Source: Patescibacteria group bacterium
Lineage (GTDB): Bacteria > Patescibacteriota > Patescibacteriia > UBA2591 > UBA6264
Direction of reading: 5' to 3'
DNA: 32,000 bases
Assembly: GCA_028713575.1 (NCBI GenBank)
Contig: JAQTOB010000003.1
Coordinates: 40,350 to 72,349, forward strand
Shown here: piece after piece, positions 7,542 to 18,420 of the stretch
Layout: the number at the start of each line of letters is the position of its first letter
How positions within the stretch are numbered: the stretch's first letter is position 1
The notes under the pieces: generated by a model
What the model was told of the DNA's origin: nothing
What the model saw: only the letters and a program-made list of their open reading frames with translations
Database searches by the model: none
Translations under genes and position numbers: made by a program

Positions 7542-7848
7542 AGTGTTAATATTTTAATCTTTAAAACCCTTTTGTCAACCCTGTTAAAATCTTCCAAATA
7601 ATATTTTTAAACAAAAGACGAAAGTCGTTAGACAAAATCGCTTATCAAAAATATTTTTATAAAAAATCCGGCTGAATTTTCAGCGGGATTAATTCAATTT
7701 TAATTTTAATTATTTTTTAATATGTTTTTTTAAAATAAAATTAGTTATTGGCCAATTAAATAATCTAGGATTAAGGGGCGAATTGACCAAGTTTAGGTAA
7801 TTTGTTATAATATTAATATAATTTATTAATAAAATTAATTATTTGTTT

Positions 7849-8256
7849 ATGCTTGGTAAAGATTCAAAAATAAAATCCGAAGACGCGGAAACAATTATTG
7901 GTTCGGGCGTAAAAGTAGAAGGTTCTTTCAACGCTTTTGGAAACGTAATAGTAAAAGGACAATTAATCGGTTCCTTGGAGACCCAGAGTGACCTCTCTTT
8001 GAGAGATACGGGGGTAATTGAGGCCGACATTAAGGCCAAAAACGCCTTCATTGCGGGCGAAATTAAAGGAAACCTGGGAATAGAAGAAAAAATAGAATTG
8101 GCTTCAACGGCAAAGGTTTTTGGAGATATAAATTGTCGCGTCTTAACAATTGAAGAGGGGGCAATTCTTAATGGACGGTGTAAGGTGGGTGGCGAATTTT
8201 CAAATAATTCTCGGGAAAAGAAAAAATTAAAAGAAGAGCCGGCTGACCTGGATTAA
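7849..8256 (+). CDS. Bactofilin-family cytoskeletal protein (DUF583)
   Basis: Repetitive beta-helix pattern IIGSGVKVEGSF...GNVIVKGQLIGSL...IAGEIKGNL...VFGDINCRVLTIEEGAILNG, with a charged tail. ATG at 7849 preferred over TTG at 7843. Confidence 0.8.
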   Translation: MLGKDSKIKSEDAETIIGSGVKVEGSFNAFGNVIVKGQLIGSLETQSDLSLRDTGVIEADIKAKNAFIAGEIKGNLGIEEKIELASTAKVFGDINCRVLTIEEGAILNGRCKVGGEFSNNSREKKKLKEEPADLD

Positions 8257-8312
8257 AATTATTATAGGCTTTATTTTTGTAAGCGGATTATAAAAATATA
8301 ATCCATAAATAT

Positions 8313-9095
8313 ATGTATTTTTATATTTACGATTCTTTTTTAGCTGAAAAAAAATATCTTAGGATTCTTTCTAAAATAGAAACGAGATTGGCTAGTTTGG
8401 ACATTGCCGGGAAAAAATATCAACTTTCTATTTTAAGAAGTGTTAAAGAAATAGTGGACGAAATCCTTACAAAAGAATCGCCCACCATTATTGTTGTTGG
8501 CGGAGACCAAACTTTTTATCAAGCGGCCTTAGCCGCGGCCGGGACATCGGCGGTTTTGGGATTTATCCCCACAGAACAAGATTCTTTGGTCGCTGGAATT
8601 TTGGGCCTGCCGATTAATGAATGTTCTTGTGATATTATTTCCGCCCGACGAATAGAGGAAATTAACACGGGGAGAATCAACAACGAAAGATTTTTTTCCT
8701 CAATAATTTTTGAAGCGAATAAAACAACCATTAAGGCGGACGAAAAATACGAGATAGTTCCTCAAAAAATAAAATTAATTAAGGTTATCAATTTAGATAT
8801 GTTGTGTTTTGATAAAATTTTTTCCGAACCGGACTGGCCAAGATTGGCCAGTAATCCCAAAGATAACCAATTAGAAGTTTTAATGGGAACTCCAGAAAGA
8901 AAACTTTTATTTTTTAAAAAAAAGGAGAAAAGAGACAGCTTGTTTTTTGTTAAAAAATTAGAAATAAAATCTAAAAAACACGACCAAGAAATTTTAATTA
9001 AAGTTGATCGCCATCGAACAGTTAAAACGCCGGCGGTGGTAAAAACCGCCAAAGAAAAAATTAATTTAATTGTAGGAAAAGACAGAATTGTTTAA
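8313..9095 (+). CDS. Diacylglycerol-kinase catalytic domain (YegS/BmrU-like) lipid kinase family protein
   Basis: IIVVGGDQTFYQAA...LGFIPTEQDSLVAGILGLP resembles the DAGK_cat GGDGT / iP.GtgNd motifs, in degenerate form. Confidence 0.5.
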   Translation: MYFYIYDSFLAEKKYLRILSKIETRLASLDIAGKKYQLSILRSVKEIVDEILTKESPTIIVVGGDQTFYQAALAAAGTSAVLGFIPTEQDSLVAGILGLPINECSCDIISARRIEEINTGRINNERFFSSIIFEANKTTIKADEKYEIVPQKIKLIKVINLDMLCFDKIFSEPDWPRLASNPKDNQLEVLMGTPERKLLFFKKKEKRDSLFFVKKLEIKSKKHDQEILIKVDRHRTVKTPAVVKTAKEKINLIVGKDRIV

Positions 9096-9135
9096 TGTTT
9101 TAAAAAACAAAGAATTAAACAAATTAATAATTAAA

Positions 9136-10650
9136 ATGAAAATACTTTTTGTTGCTTCAGAAGTAAATCCAATTATAAAAGTGGGGGGGATTGCCGATGT
9201 TGTTGGCTCTTTAAGTAAAGAGATAAAAAAATTTGGTCAAGATGTAAGAATAGTTATTCCTTTTTATCGGATTTTAAGAGGAAGAAAATTTTTAAAAAAA
9301 GCTTTGTTTAAAATTCAAATTGACGGAAAGGGGGAAACCGTGGAAGTTTTTCAAACATTTTTGCCCCGCATTGGCGGCCGGTCAAAAATAAGCGTTTATT
9401 TGATAAAAAATAGCCATTATCTTATTGAAAAAGGGGTTTATTTAGACACGAGAAAATTTTTACATTTATCCAGATTTTTGTTTTTTTCCAAAGCGGTTAC
9501 AGAAATGTTTCCTGCCATTAATTGGACACCCGAAATTATTCATTGTCACGATTGGCACGCCGGAGCAATTCCTTTATTTTTAAAAGTTAATCAAAATCAA
9601 ATTCATTTAACGGGCAGAGGAAAATTGATTTTAAACAAAGAAGACCTTAAAATTAAAAAAATAAAAACTTTGTTTACCATTCACAATCTTTTAACCCAGG
9701 GCTATTGGAATCATTCGCGAGTCATAGAATTTTTAGGATTAAAAGGAGATGAAGCGCCTTCTTTATTTGAAAAATCATCAGGACCCTACGGAGACAATTT
9801 CAATGTTGTCCAACAGGCGATTCTTAATGCGGATTTAATCAATGCGGTCAGTCCGACTTATGCAAAAGAAATAAAAACAAATTCTTATTATGCCCGAGGA
9901 TTGGACCAAACAATAAAAAAAAGAAAAAAAGACATATTTGGCATTCTCAACGGAATTGAAATAAAGTTGTTTAATCCATCAACGGATAAATACATAAAGA
10001 AAAATTATTCTTTAAAAACAATAAATTTAAAAGAAATCAATAAAACAGAATTACAAAAAGAGGCGGGTTTGGAAAAAAATTTGAAAATTCCGTTATTGGC
10101 GGTGATTTCTCGTTTAGATGTTCAAAAGGGAATAGATTTAATTTATAAATCAGCCAATCAGATTCTTAAAAAAGGCGCGCAAATAGTTTTTTTAGGGCAA
10201 GGAGACAAAAAATATGAAGAAGCACTGTTAAAAATTGCCCGGAATTATCCCGGGCGGATGTCTGTTTACATTAAATTTGACGCCGAATTAGCTCAACGAA
10301 TTTATGCCGGCGCTGATATTTTTTTAATGCCCTCCCGCTTTGAACCATGCGGTTTAGTTCAGTTGATTGCCATGCGGTACGGAACCATTCCGGTGGTAAG
10401 AGAAACCGGGGGACTAAAAGACACAGTAGAAAAAGCAAAAGTAACCAAGGGAAAAATCGTCAGAGGAACAGGATTTGTTTTTAAAAAATATTCATCACAA
10501 GCATTTTTGAACAGTATTAATCAGGCCTTGAGTTTTTATAAACAACCGAACATTTGGCGACAGCTACAAAAAAATGCCATGAAAAGAGATTTTTCTTGGA
10601 AAAAATCAGCGGGAGAATATCTAAAAATATATAAGAAACTATTAAAATAA
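9136..10650 (+). CDS. glgA: Glycogen/starch synthase (GT5)
   Basis: MKILFVASEVNPIIKVGGIADVVGSL (the KVGGL motif), HCHDWHAG, C-terminal PSRFEPCGL..Q..AMRYGT.PVVR.TGGL.DTV. Confidence 0.9.
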   Translation: MKILFVASEVNPIIKVGGIADVVGSLSKEIKKFGQDVRIVIPFYRILRGRKFLKKALFKIQIDGKGETVEVFQTFLPRIGGRSKISVYLIKNSHYLIEKGVYLDTRKFLHLSRFLFFSKAVTEMFPAINWTPEIIHCHDWHAGAIPLFLKVNQNQIHLTGRGKLILNKEDLKIKKIKTLFTIHNLLTQGYWNHSRVIEFLGLKGDEAPSLFEKSSGPYGDNFNVVQQAILNADLINAVSPTYAKEIKTNSYYARGLDQTIKKRKKDIFGILNGIEIKLFNPSTDKYIKKNYSLKTINLKEINKTELQKEAGLEKNLKIPLLAVISRLDVQKGIDLIYKSANQILKKGAQIVFLGQGDKKYEEALLKIARNYPGRMSVYIKFDAELAQRIYAGADIFLMPSRFEPCGLVQLIAMRYGTIPVVRETGGLKDTVEKAKVTKGKIVRGTGFVFKKYSSQAFLNSINQALSFYKQPNIWRQLQKNAMKRDFSWKKSAGEYLKIYKKLLK

Positions 10651-10731
10651 ACATTAAAATTATTACAAATCTCATTAGAAATAGAGTTTCCAATGAGGTT
10701 GAAGGGATTAATTTATTTAATTTTTAACGGA

Positions 10732-11361
10732 ATGAAAATTACCTGGTACGGACAATCTTGTTTTAAATTACAAAACAATCAAGAAATTGTTATTATTGAT
10801 CCTCGGGGCCCAAAAAAAGTGGGACTGAAAGGACCAAGCCTAAAAGCAACAATTTTTATTTTAACTGACCCCGATGATAAAAAAGTTTTAGAAATAAAAG
10901 ACGGAATGATAATCAATTCCCCGGGGGAATATGAAGTAAAAGGGATTATGGTTTATGGAATAGATTGTTCAAGGAAAAATAAAAATTTAATAATTTATCA
11001 AGTTGAAATAGATAAAATTAAATATGGATTTTTAGGAGAAATAAATACCCAGCTTAAAAGCGAAGAATTAGAACACTTGGACGGAATAGATGTTTTATTT
11101 GTTCCTGTTGGAGGAAAAGATGCGCTTAATGCAGATAAGGCCGTAGAAATAATTAACTCTGTTGAGCCAAAAATTGTCATTCCTTGTTGTTATAAATCTG
11201 CCAGCTGGCAGACTAAAATTAAAACAAACATCGGAACATTGGACGAATTTTTAAAAGAAATGGGAGTTAAAAAGGTGGAAAAATTAGAAAAACTTTTATT
11301 GAATAAAAAGGATTTACCAACAGAAGAAACTAAGGTTATTATCTTGGAACCTAAAATTTAA
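10732..11361 (+). CDS. Metallo-beta-lactamase-fold hydrolase (UPF0173-like)
   Basis: MKITWYGQSCFKL... start and ~210 aa length are typical of the UPF0173 MBL-fold family. Confidence 0.6.
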   Translation: MKITWYGQSCFKLQNNQEIVIIDPRGPKKVGLKGPSLKATIFILTDPDDKKVLEIKDGMIINSPGEYEVKGIMVYGIDCSRKNKNLIIYQVEIDKIKYGFLGEINTQLKSEELEHLDGIDVLFVPVGGKDALNADKAVEIINSVEPKIVIPCCYKSASWQTKIKTNIGTLDEFLKEMGVKKVEKLEKLLLNKKDLPTEETKVIILEPKI

Positions 11362-11365
11362 AATT

Positions 11366-11638
11366 ATGTTGAAAGGAGCTCTAAATGTTATTGTAATTAT
11401 AATTTTTATCTTTATTTTTTTGGTTTGGTTTCTTGATTTAACCGCCTCTAACCAGACGGAAGGCAATTTAATTAAAATGCTTGAGGGGGCGGTAATTGAA
11501 GCGGGGAAATCTTTTAAAGAATTTAAAGATAACATAAACCTGTTTAGGGGCGAAAAATCTTTCGTGCCATTAAATGAAACAGAAATAGATATTTTAAAAG
11601 AAAAAATTTTACAGCATGAAGATGAAGAAAAAAAATAA
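11366..11638 (+). CDS. Small membrane-anchored hypothetical protein
   Basis: 90 aa with an N-terminal hydrophobic helix ([16 protein letters not shown]) and a charged tail. Overlaps the gyrA start by 23 nt. Confidence 0.4.
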   Translation: MLKGALNVIVIIIFIFIFLVWFLDLTASNQTEGNLIKMLEGAVIEAGKSFKEFKDNINLFRGEKSFVPLNETEIDILKEKILQHEDEEKK

Positions 11639-14600
11639 AAAACCTGAAATTAATAAAAAAGAAAATTTGTTAAACGGGCCTTCTATAGAAATTAGAAAAG
11701 AAAAGATAGAGTTAGTTGACATGGAGCAAGAAGTCAGCCGCTGTTATATAGATTACGCCATGAGTGTTATTGTTTCTCGCGCTCTTCCTGACGTGCGTGA
11801 TGGTTTAAAGCCGGTTCATCGACGAATCCTCTATGCAATGTTTGAAATGGGCTTAAAACCCAATGTTAAATATAGAAAATCGGCAACAGTGGTAGGAGAA
11901 GTTTTGGGGAAATTTCATCCACATGGCGACGCCGCGGTTTATGACGCCATGGTAAGAATGGCTCAGGACTTTTCTTTACGTTATCCTTTAATTGATGGCC
12001 AAGGGAACTGGGGGTCTAATGAAGATGAGGCGGCCCATATGAGATACTGTATTGGCGGAAATTCATTGGTTATTACTAATAGATGTTTAGAGAGGATAGA
12101 GAACATCTCAAAGAAAGAGAATATAAACATCAAAGTACTTTCCTTTGACAATAAAATAAACAGGGCGTCAAAATGGTTTGATTCGGGACTCCACCCCACT
12201 TTAACCGTTAGGACGTTCAGGGGGATGACTCTTTGTGGAAGCTTTAACCATCCCATTTTGACCTGGGATTTAAACGGAGAAAAGCCGGGATTCAAGTGGA
12301 AGTTGTTGGAAAATTTGGAGAAAAACGATTACGCGGTGATTTCCAGGAGCGATCCGCTTTGGTCCGGGAAAGACCCTCTTTTGAAAAAATTCCATCAAAT
12401 CCCCGTAAACAAAAGGACGAAAGTTCACGTTTTGCCCAAGAAAATGACACCGGAATTGGCTTTTATTCTCGGAGCGATAATCGCCGAAGGATATACGGCT
12501 AAGGGATATCGCAATTCGGGGAGCAAAAAATGGCAGCCGCCGTATATCGGATTTTGTAACAGTAATGAAGAATTTATAGAAAAATTCAAGCAGAATTTCA
12601 AAAAAACATTTCCAGACTGCCGTTTACATGAATTTAAACGCCGGTCGCAGGGGCGGACCAGAAAAAAATACGTTTTGGAAGTCCGCTCAAAACACGTAGT
12701 CGATTTTTTAATAAACCTCGGTTTGAAACATTGTCGGGCCGGAGACAAAACTGTTCCTCCGGCGTTGTTCCACGCTTCTCCCAAAACGATAACCACTTTT
12801 CTTAGGGCCTATGCGGAGGGCGAAGGCAGCGTTTATGAGAGCGTGAATAAAAAAAGAAAAAGCGTTTATTCAACCGTCGTTTTGGCTTCCAAGGGAAAAC
12901 GATTATTGGAAGAGATTCAAATTATTCTGTTAAGATTAGGGATAGTCTCTTCCTTCAGGAACAAAAAACAGAGAAATACACACAGATTATTTATCTTTGG
13001 TTACGATAATCTGAATCTGTTTCGGCAACATATCAATTTTGTTTCTCACGACAAAATTAGTCGTCTTCTGAAATCCATACAGAATAACGGGGGAGATAAA
13101 GCCATATCCAAAGCGGATTATATCCCTTTCATGACAGAGTATATAAGAGATAAATACAAGAAAAAGCGGTCCGTGATTCACGAGGACCAAAAGTGGATAG
13201 AAAAGCACAATTTTGATAGATTGCCGAAAATAAAAAATTACTGGGACAAAATCAAATCCATTCTCGATGAAGGCGATGTAAAATTACTCAATAGTCTAAT
13301 AAAAAATAATTATTTATTTGACAAAATTGTTTCAATCAGAAAGAGCGGTTTTCAAAAAGTCTATTCTCTAAAAGTAGAAAGCGATTGTCATTCTTTTATT
13401 TCCAATGGTTTTATCAGCCACAACACCGAGTGTCGTCTGGCGCCCATTGCCGAAGAGGTTTTGGCTGACATTGACAAAAAAACAGTTGACCTAATTTCCA
13501 ACTATGATGGAACATTAAAAGAGCCCGTTGTTCTTCCAACAAAAATTCCCACTTTAATTCTCAATGGTTCAATGGGAATCGCCGTAGGGATGGCCACTAA
13601 TATTCCCCCTCACAATCTAACGGAAGTTTGCAACGCCCTAAATTATTTAATTGACCATCCTGAGGCAGAAATAGAAGAAATTTTTAAATTTATTAATGGG
13701 CCCGATTTTCCAACGGGCGGCATTATTTTTAATTCTGATCAGATAAAACAAGTTTACGCCATTGGTAAGGGCCCGATTTTAATGAGAGCTAAAACAGAAA
13801 TTATTGAAAAAAATCTTAGTAGTTTTTGCATCATTATCAACGAACTTCCTTATCAAGTTAATAAAGCCGTTCTTTTACAAAAAATTGCCGAGTTAGTAAA
13901 AGACAAAAGAATTGAGGATATTAAGGATATTCGCGACGAGTCAGACAGAGAGGGAATCAGAATTGTTATTGAGCTTAAAAAGGGAGCATATCCTCAAAAG
14001 GTTTTAAACAAACTTTTTAAGCTTACTGATTTACAAATGACTTTTCATGTTAATATGGTTTCTTTAATTAATGGAATCCAGCCAAGAGTTATGGGATTAA
14101 AGGGGGTTTTAGAAGAGTATATTCAACACCGTCAAATTATTGTTAGACGAAGAAGTGAGTATGATTTGGAAAAAACAAACGAAAGAATTCACATTTTAAA
14201 AGGGTTGCAAACGGCATTGGACCATTTAGACGAGATTATAAAAATAATCAGACATTCTCAGGACAGAGAAACTGCTAAAAATAATTTAATAAAAAAATAT
14301 AGATTAACCGAGGTTCAGGCTCAGGCAATATTAGAGACAAAACTTCATCAATTAGCTAACTTAGAAAGACAAAAAATTAAAGAGGAATTAAAAGAAAAAA
14401 TTCAAAAAGCCAAAGAATTAGAAACATTACTCGCTCAACCCAAAATGATTTTAGACATTATAAAGAAAGAAACCAAAGAATTAAAAGAAAAATATGGGGA
14501 CGAAAGAAGGACCCAGGTGGTTTCTCAAGGGGTGGAAAATTTTAAGGAAGAAGATTTAGTCCCCAATGAGCCGGCGATTATTATTATTACTCAAGACGGT

Positions 14601-15524
14601 TATATAAAAAGAATTTCTCCAGAAAATTTTAAAATTCAGGCGAGAGGAGGAAAGGGGGTGACGGGATTAGAAATCAAAGAAGAAGATAGAGTTCAACATT
14701 TAATTGCTACAACCACTCATGCTAATGTTTTGTTTTTTACCACAAAAGGAAAAGTTTTTCAATTAAAAACCTATGACGTTCCTCAGGCACAACGGGCCGC
14801 CAAAGGACAGGCGTTAGTTAATTTTTTAGAAACAGGACCACAAGAAAAAATATCTTCAATTTTGCCGATTTCAGATTTGAAAAATTATAAAAATTTAGTG
14901 ATGGTTACGCGACAAGGGGTTATTAAAAAAGTTTCCATTAATGATTTTATTAACGTTAGAAGGTCGGGGTTGATTGCCATTAAATTAAAAGACAATGATG
15001 TTTTAAGGTGGGTGAAGCCCACAACAGGCAATGATGAAATAGTTTTGATTTCGGCCCTAGGACAGGCTATTAAATTTAAAGAAAAAGATTTAAGACCAAT
15101 GGGGCGGGGAGCCACAGGCGTGAGGGGGATGAGAATAAAAAATCAGGATTTTATTGTTGGGATGGATGTTTATCAGGCCGGAAAAACAAATATTAATAAC
15201 AAATTATTAGTAATTACTGAAAATGGCTTTGGAAAAATGACATTAATAAAAGATTATCGTTTTCAGCATCGGGGAGGGTCCGGCACTAAAACCGCTAAAA
15301 TTACAGATAAAACAGGGAAAATTGTTGATGCTAGACTAATTAATGAAAAAGATTTGCCCAATCACATAAAAGGAGATTTATTACTTATTTCTCAGCAGGG
15401 GCAGACCATCCGCTTGCCGATTAAAAGCATTCCCACCATGAGCCGGTCAACCCAGGGAGTGAGATTAATGCGCTTTTCAGCCAAAAACGGGAAGGACCAA
15501 GTAAGCTCTTCAACCTTAATTTAA
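11616..15524 (+). CDS. gyrA: DNA gyrase subunit A, interrupted by an intein
   Basis: Exteins carry canonical GyrA blocks: [35 protein letters not shown]|...|TECRL, and C-terminal beta-pinwheel repeats. Confidence 0.95.
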   Translation: MKMKKKNKKPEINKKENLLNGPSIEIRKEKIELVDMEQEVSRCYIDYAMSVIVSRALPDVRDGLKPVHRRILYAMFEMGLKPNVKYRKSATVVGEVLGKFHPHGDAAVYDAMVRMAQDFSLRYPLIDGQGNWGSNEDEAAHMRYCIGGNSLVITNRCLERIENISKKENINIKVLSFDNKINRASKWFDSGLHPTLTVRTFRGMTLCGSFNHPILTWDLNGEKPGFKWKLLENLEKNDYAVISRSDPLWSGKDPLLKKFHQIPVNKRTKVHVLPKKMTPELAFILGAIIAEGYTAKGYRNSGSKKWQPPYIGFCNSNEEFIEKFKQNFKKTFPDCRLHEFKRRSQGRTRKKYVLEVRSKHVVDFLINLGLKHCRAGDKTVPPALFHASPKTITTFLRAYAEGEGSVYESVNKKRKSVYSTVVLASKGKRLLEEIQIILLRLGIVSSFRNKKQRNTHRLFIFGYDNLNLFRQHINFVSHDKISRLLKSIQNNGGDKAISKADYIPFMTEYIRDKYKKKRSVIHEDQKWIEKHNFDRLPKIKNYWDKIKSILDEGDVKLLNSLIKNNYLFDKIVSIRKSGFQKVYSLKVESDCHSFISNGFISHNTECRLAPIAEEVLADIDKKTVDLISNYDGTLKEPVVLPTKIPTLILNGSMGIAVGMATNIPPHNLTEVCNALNYLIDHPEAEIEEIFKFINGPDFPTGGIIFNSDQIKQVYAIGKGPILMRAKTEIIEKNLSSFCIIINELPYQVNKAVLLQKIAELVKDKRIEDIKDIRDESDREGIRIVIELKKGAYPQKVLNKLFKLTDLQMTFHVNMVSLINGIQPRVMGLKGVLEEYIQHRQIIVRRRSEYDLEKTNERIHILKGLQTALDHLDEIIKIIRHSQDRETAKNNLIKKYRLTEVQAQAILETKLHQLANLERQKIKEELKEKIQKAKELETLLAQPKMILDIIKKETKELKEKYGDERRTQVVSQGVENFKEEDLVPNEPAIIIITQDGYIKRISPENFKIQARGGKGVTGLEIKEEDRVQHLIATTTHANVLFFTTKGKVFQLKTYDVPQAQRAAKGQALVNFLETGPQEKISSILPISDLKNYKNLVMVTRQGVIKKVSINDFINVRRSGLIAIKLKDNDVLRWVKPTTGNDEIVLISALGQAIKFKEKDLRPMGRGATGVRGMRIKNQDFIVGMDVYQAGKTNINNKLLVITENGFGKMTLIKDYRFQHRGGSGTKTAKITDKTGKIVDARLINEKDLPNHIKGDLLLISQQGQTIRLPIKSIPTMSRSTQGVRLMRFSAKNGKDQVSSSTLI
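12048..13424 (+). mobile_element. GyrA intein (459 aa) with LAGLIDADG homing-endonuclease domain
   Basis: Starts at Cys ([10 protein letters not shown]) right after the active-site MRY. Ends ...NGFISHN followed by Thr (TECRL). Block B is NHPILT. LAGLIDADG motifs are [14 protein letters not shown] and [13 protein letters not shown]. Confidence 0.9.
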
Positions 15525-15531
15525 TTAATAT

Positions 15532-16164
15532 ATGGAAAATTTAAACCAAAAACTTATCAATTTGGGTTATTTAAAAAGCCCTCAAATTATTCATGCTTTT
15601 GAAAAAATAAAGAGACGAGATTTTGTTATTCAGGAATTATTTTATCAAGCAGAAGAAAATGTTCCTTTGTCTATCGGACACGGGCAAACGATTTCTCAGC
15701 CACTAACGGTCGCTTTTATGTTAGAACTTTTAGACCCGCAGCCGGGACAAAAAATTTTAGACATTGGGTCCGGTTCTGGTTGGACAGCCGCCCTTTTGGC
15801 GGAGATAGTTGGGGAAAAAGGAAAGATTTTTGCCATTGAAAGAATTGAAGTGTTAAAAATTTTTGGAGAAAAAAATGTTGATAAATATGGCTTTGTTAAA
15901 TCAAAAAGAGTTGTTTTTAAAACGGGAAACGGGATTAAGGGCTTAATTAAAGAATCGCCATTTGATCGGATTCATGTTGGCGCGGCCGCCAATAAAATTC
16001 CCGAAGATTTGTTAAAACAATTAGCAATTGGGGGCAAAATGGTGATTCCTCAGGGAATTAATTTTCAAGATATAGTTTTAATAGAAAAAAGAGGAAAAAA
16101 CCAATATCAGCAGAAAAATTATCCCGGTTTTGCTTTTGTTCCGTTGATTGAAGAAAAAAAATAA
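15532..16164 (+). CDS. pcm: Protein-L-isoaspartate O-methyltransferase
   Basis: GHGQTISQP, LDIGSGSGW (SAM motif I), 210 aa. Confidence 0.85.
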   Translation: MENLNQKLINLGYLKSPQIIHAFEKIKRRDFVIQELFYQAEENVPLSIGHGQTISQPLTVAFMLELLDPQPGQKILDIGSGSGWTAALLAEIVGEKGKIFAIERIEVLKIFGEKNVDKYGFVKSKRVVFKTGNGIKGLIKESPFDRIHVGAAANKIPEDLLKQLAIGGKMVIPQGINFQDIVLIEKRGKNQYQQKNYPGFAFVPLIEEKK

Positions 16165-16169
16165 TTACA

Positions 16170-18398
16170 ATGTTTGCCAAAAAAAATAAAAATTTAATTT
16201 TTATTTGTTTATTAGTATTCCAAATAATAAACCCTTTTAATTTTATAGAAAAAACAAAAGCCCTTGAACGGGATTCAGGGTCTGTCCCCGGCGAACTTTT
16301 AATAAAATTAAAAGGAAATTCTAAAATTTATAAAGTAAAAATCACAGACAATTTAATGGAAAGACAAAGGGTTGTTTTGGATATGCCGGAAGTGGAATGG
16401 GCGGAGCCCAATTATTTGTTTAAAATGAGTTATTTGCCCAATGATTTGTATTATCATGAACAATGGTATTTTAATAAAATAAAAACTCCGCAAGCTTGGG
16501 ACCTAATAAAGGGCGGAGACGGCGATATTATAATTGCTGTTTTAGACACAGGGGTGGACATTGACCATCCGGACATTAAAAAGAATGTATGGATCAATCA
16601 AAATGAGGTTTCCAATGACGGAAAAGACAATGATAACAACGGTTATATAGACGACTTAAATGGCTGGGATTTTATTAGAAATAATCCTAATCCCCGGCCA
16701 AAATTTGATGAATTATATACTGAAGGAGGAATCCATCACGGAACCTTGGTAGCCGGGATTGCTGCTGCCAGTGGAGACAATAACGAGGGGGTTTTAGGAA
16801 TTGCCTGGCAGAGTAAAATAATGCCCTTAAGAGTGTTAAACAGCGAGGGGGTTGGCAGTGTAGACCACGTTATTCAAGCAATTAATTATGCGGTCAACAA
16901 CGGAGCTAATGTTATAAATTTAAGTTTTGTTGGAACGAGTAAAAGTTATTTTTTGGCCGAAGCGCTAAAGTCCGCTTGGCACAAGGGTTTGATTATCGTT
17001 GCCGCGGCTGGGAATGAAACAACCGATCAACCGGTTAATTTAAATCAAAGTCCGAATTATCCGATTTGTCTTGATGAAAAAGATGAAAATTTTATTATTG
17101 GCGTGGCGGCCGTGGATAATACTGATCGCAAGGCCCTTTTTTCCGATTATGGATCAAATTGCGTTGACATTTCTGCTCCGGGCACGAGAATTTATGGCCT
17201 TTTGTCTTACAATCAAAATTATGATGGCTTTAAAGAATATTACGGCGGTTATTGGTCTGGCACCTCACTTGCCGCTCCCATGGTTTCTGGTTTGGCCGCT
17301 TTAGTTTGGTCTGTTAATCCCCTTTTTAGCAATAAACAGGTCCAAAATTTTATTTTATCAAAAGCAGATGGGATTAATTTAATCAATCCTAATTATAAAA
17401 ATCAGTTAGGGACGGGGAGAATAAATGCTTATCAGGCGGTAGAATATGCTTATAATCAACTAAGCGGATTGCCGCAATCTCATTATATTGTTACCGGCGC
17501 GGGCGCCAGCGGCGGACCTCATATTAGGGCTTTTGACTCTTCGGGTTTATTGATTAGTAATTTTTTCGCTTTTCATGAAAGTTTTAGGGGCGGTGTAAAT
17601 GTGGCGGCCGGAGATGTTGATGGCGACGGCCGGGACGAAATTATTGCCGGCGCGGGCGCCAGCGGCGGACCCCATATCAGAGTTTTTGATTTATATGGAC
17701 AACCGAAAGGAGGATTTTTCGCTTTTCATGAAAGTTTTAGGGGCGGTGTAAATGTGGCGGCCGGAGATGTTGATGGCGACGGCCGGGACGAGATTATTAC
17801 TGGAATAGGGAAAGGAGGGCTTCCTCAGGTTAAAATTTTTGATTTAACGGGTAATTTAAAAAAAGAAATAATGGCCTTTCATGAAAGTTTTAGGGGCGGT
17901 GTAAATGTGGCGGCCGGAGATGTTGATGGCGACGGTCGGGACGAGATTATTGCCGGCGCGGGCGCCAGTGGCGGACCCCATATCAGAGTTTTTGATAAAG
18001 ACGGCAATTTAAAATTTCATTTTTTTGCCTTTCATGAAAGTTTTAGGGGCGGTGTAAATGTGGCGGCCGGAGATGTTGATGGCGATATGAGAGATGAAAT
18101 TATTGTTAGCGTTGCTTCCGGCGCTTCGTCTTATGTTAGAATTTTTAGCCCAGAACTTCTTTTACTAAGATATCAATTTTTGGCCCATTCAAAGGATTTT
18201 TATAACGGGGTCAGAATTGCAACCGCTGACTTTGACAATAATCAACAAGCGGAGATTATCACTTCTTCCGGTCCGATTATAGAACCGCAAGTGCAAGTTT
18301 TTGATTCATTGGGCGGACAATTGTCACAATTTTACGCCTATAATCGTTATTTTAGAGGCGGCGTAAATGTGGCAACAATAAGAACTCAAGGATATTAA
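16170..18398 (+). CDS. Secreted subtilisin-like (S8) serine protease with a C-terminal FG-GAP repeat beta-propeller
   Basis: Signal-like N-terminus. Catalytic D (VLDTGVD), H (HHGTLVAG), S (SGTSLAAPMVSG). Then FAFHESFRGGVNVAAGDVDGDGRDEII repeated about 6 times. Confidence 0.85.
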   Translation: MFAKKNKNLIFICLLVFQIINPFNFIEKTKALERDSGSVPGELLIKLKGNSKIYKVKITDNLMERQRVVLDMPEVEWAEPNYLFKMSYLPNDLYYHEQWYFNKIKTPQAWDLIKGGDGDIIIAVLDTGVDIDHPDIKKNVWINQNEVSNDGKDNDNNGYIDDLNGWDFIRNNPNPRPKFDELYTEGGIHHGTLVAGIAAASGDNNEGVLGIAWQSKIMPLRVLNSEGVGSVDHVIQAINYAVNNGANVINLSFVGTSKSYFLAEALKSAWHKGLIIVAAAGNETTDQPVNLNQSPNYPICLDEKDENFIIGVAAVDNTDRKALFSDYGSNCVDISAPGTRIYGLLSYNQNYDGFKEYYGGYWSGTSLAAPMVSGLAALVWSVNPLFSNKQVQNFILSKADGINLINPNYKNQLGTGRINAYQAVEYAYNQLSGLPQSHYIVTGAGASGGPHIRAFDSSGLLISNFFAFHESFRGGVNVAAGDVDGDGRDEIIAGAGASGGPHIRVFDLYGQPKGGFFAFHESFRGGVNVAAGDVDGDGRDEIITGIGKGGLPQVKIFDLTGNLKKEIMAFHESFRGGVNVAAGDVDGDGRDEIIAGAGASGGPHIRVFDKDGNLKFHFFAFHESFRGGVNVAAGDVDGDMRDEIIVSVASGASSYVRIFSPELLLLRYQFLAHSKDFYNGVRIATADFDNNQQAEIITSSGPIIEPQVQVFDSLGGQLSQFYAYNRYFRGGVNVATIRTQGY
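17470..18398 (+). repeat. In-frame 153-nt (51-aa) FG-GAP tandem repeats; four copies nearly identical at the DNA level
   Basis: The TTTCATGAAAGTTTTAGGGGCGGTGTAAATGTGGC core recurs with its ATG at 17575, 17728, 17881 and 18034 (exact 153-nt period). Degenerate copies follow near 18187 and 18340. Confidence 0.9.
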
Positions 18399-18420
18399 TA
18401 TATAAATAAAAAATTATAAA

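Noticed and set aside
11981-13208. Antisense or alternative-frame ORFs within gyrA and the intein (11981-12295 -, 12296-12502 +, 12425-12796 -, 12987-13208 -)
   Set aside because: They overlap a strongly supported reading frame (GyrA exteins plus intein blocks) and have no recognisable motifs. Their composition is typical of shadow ORFs.
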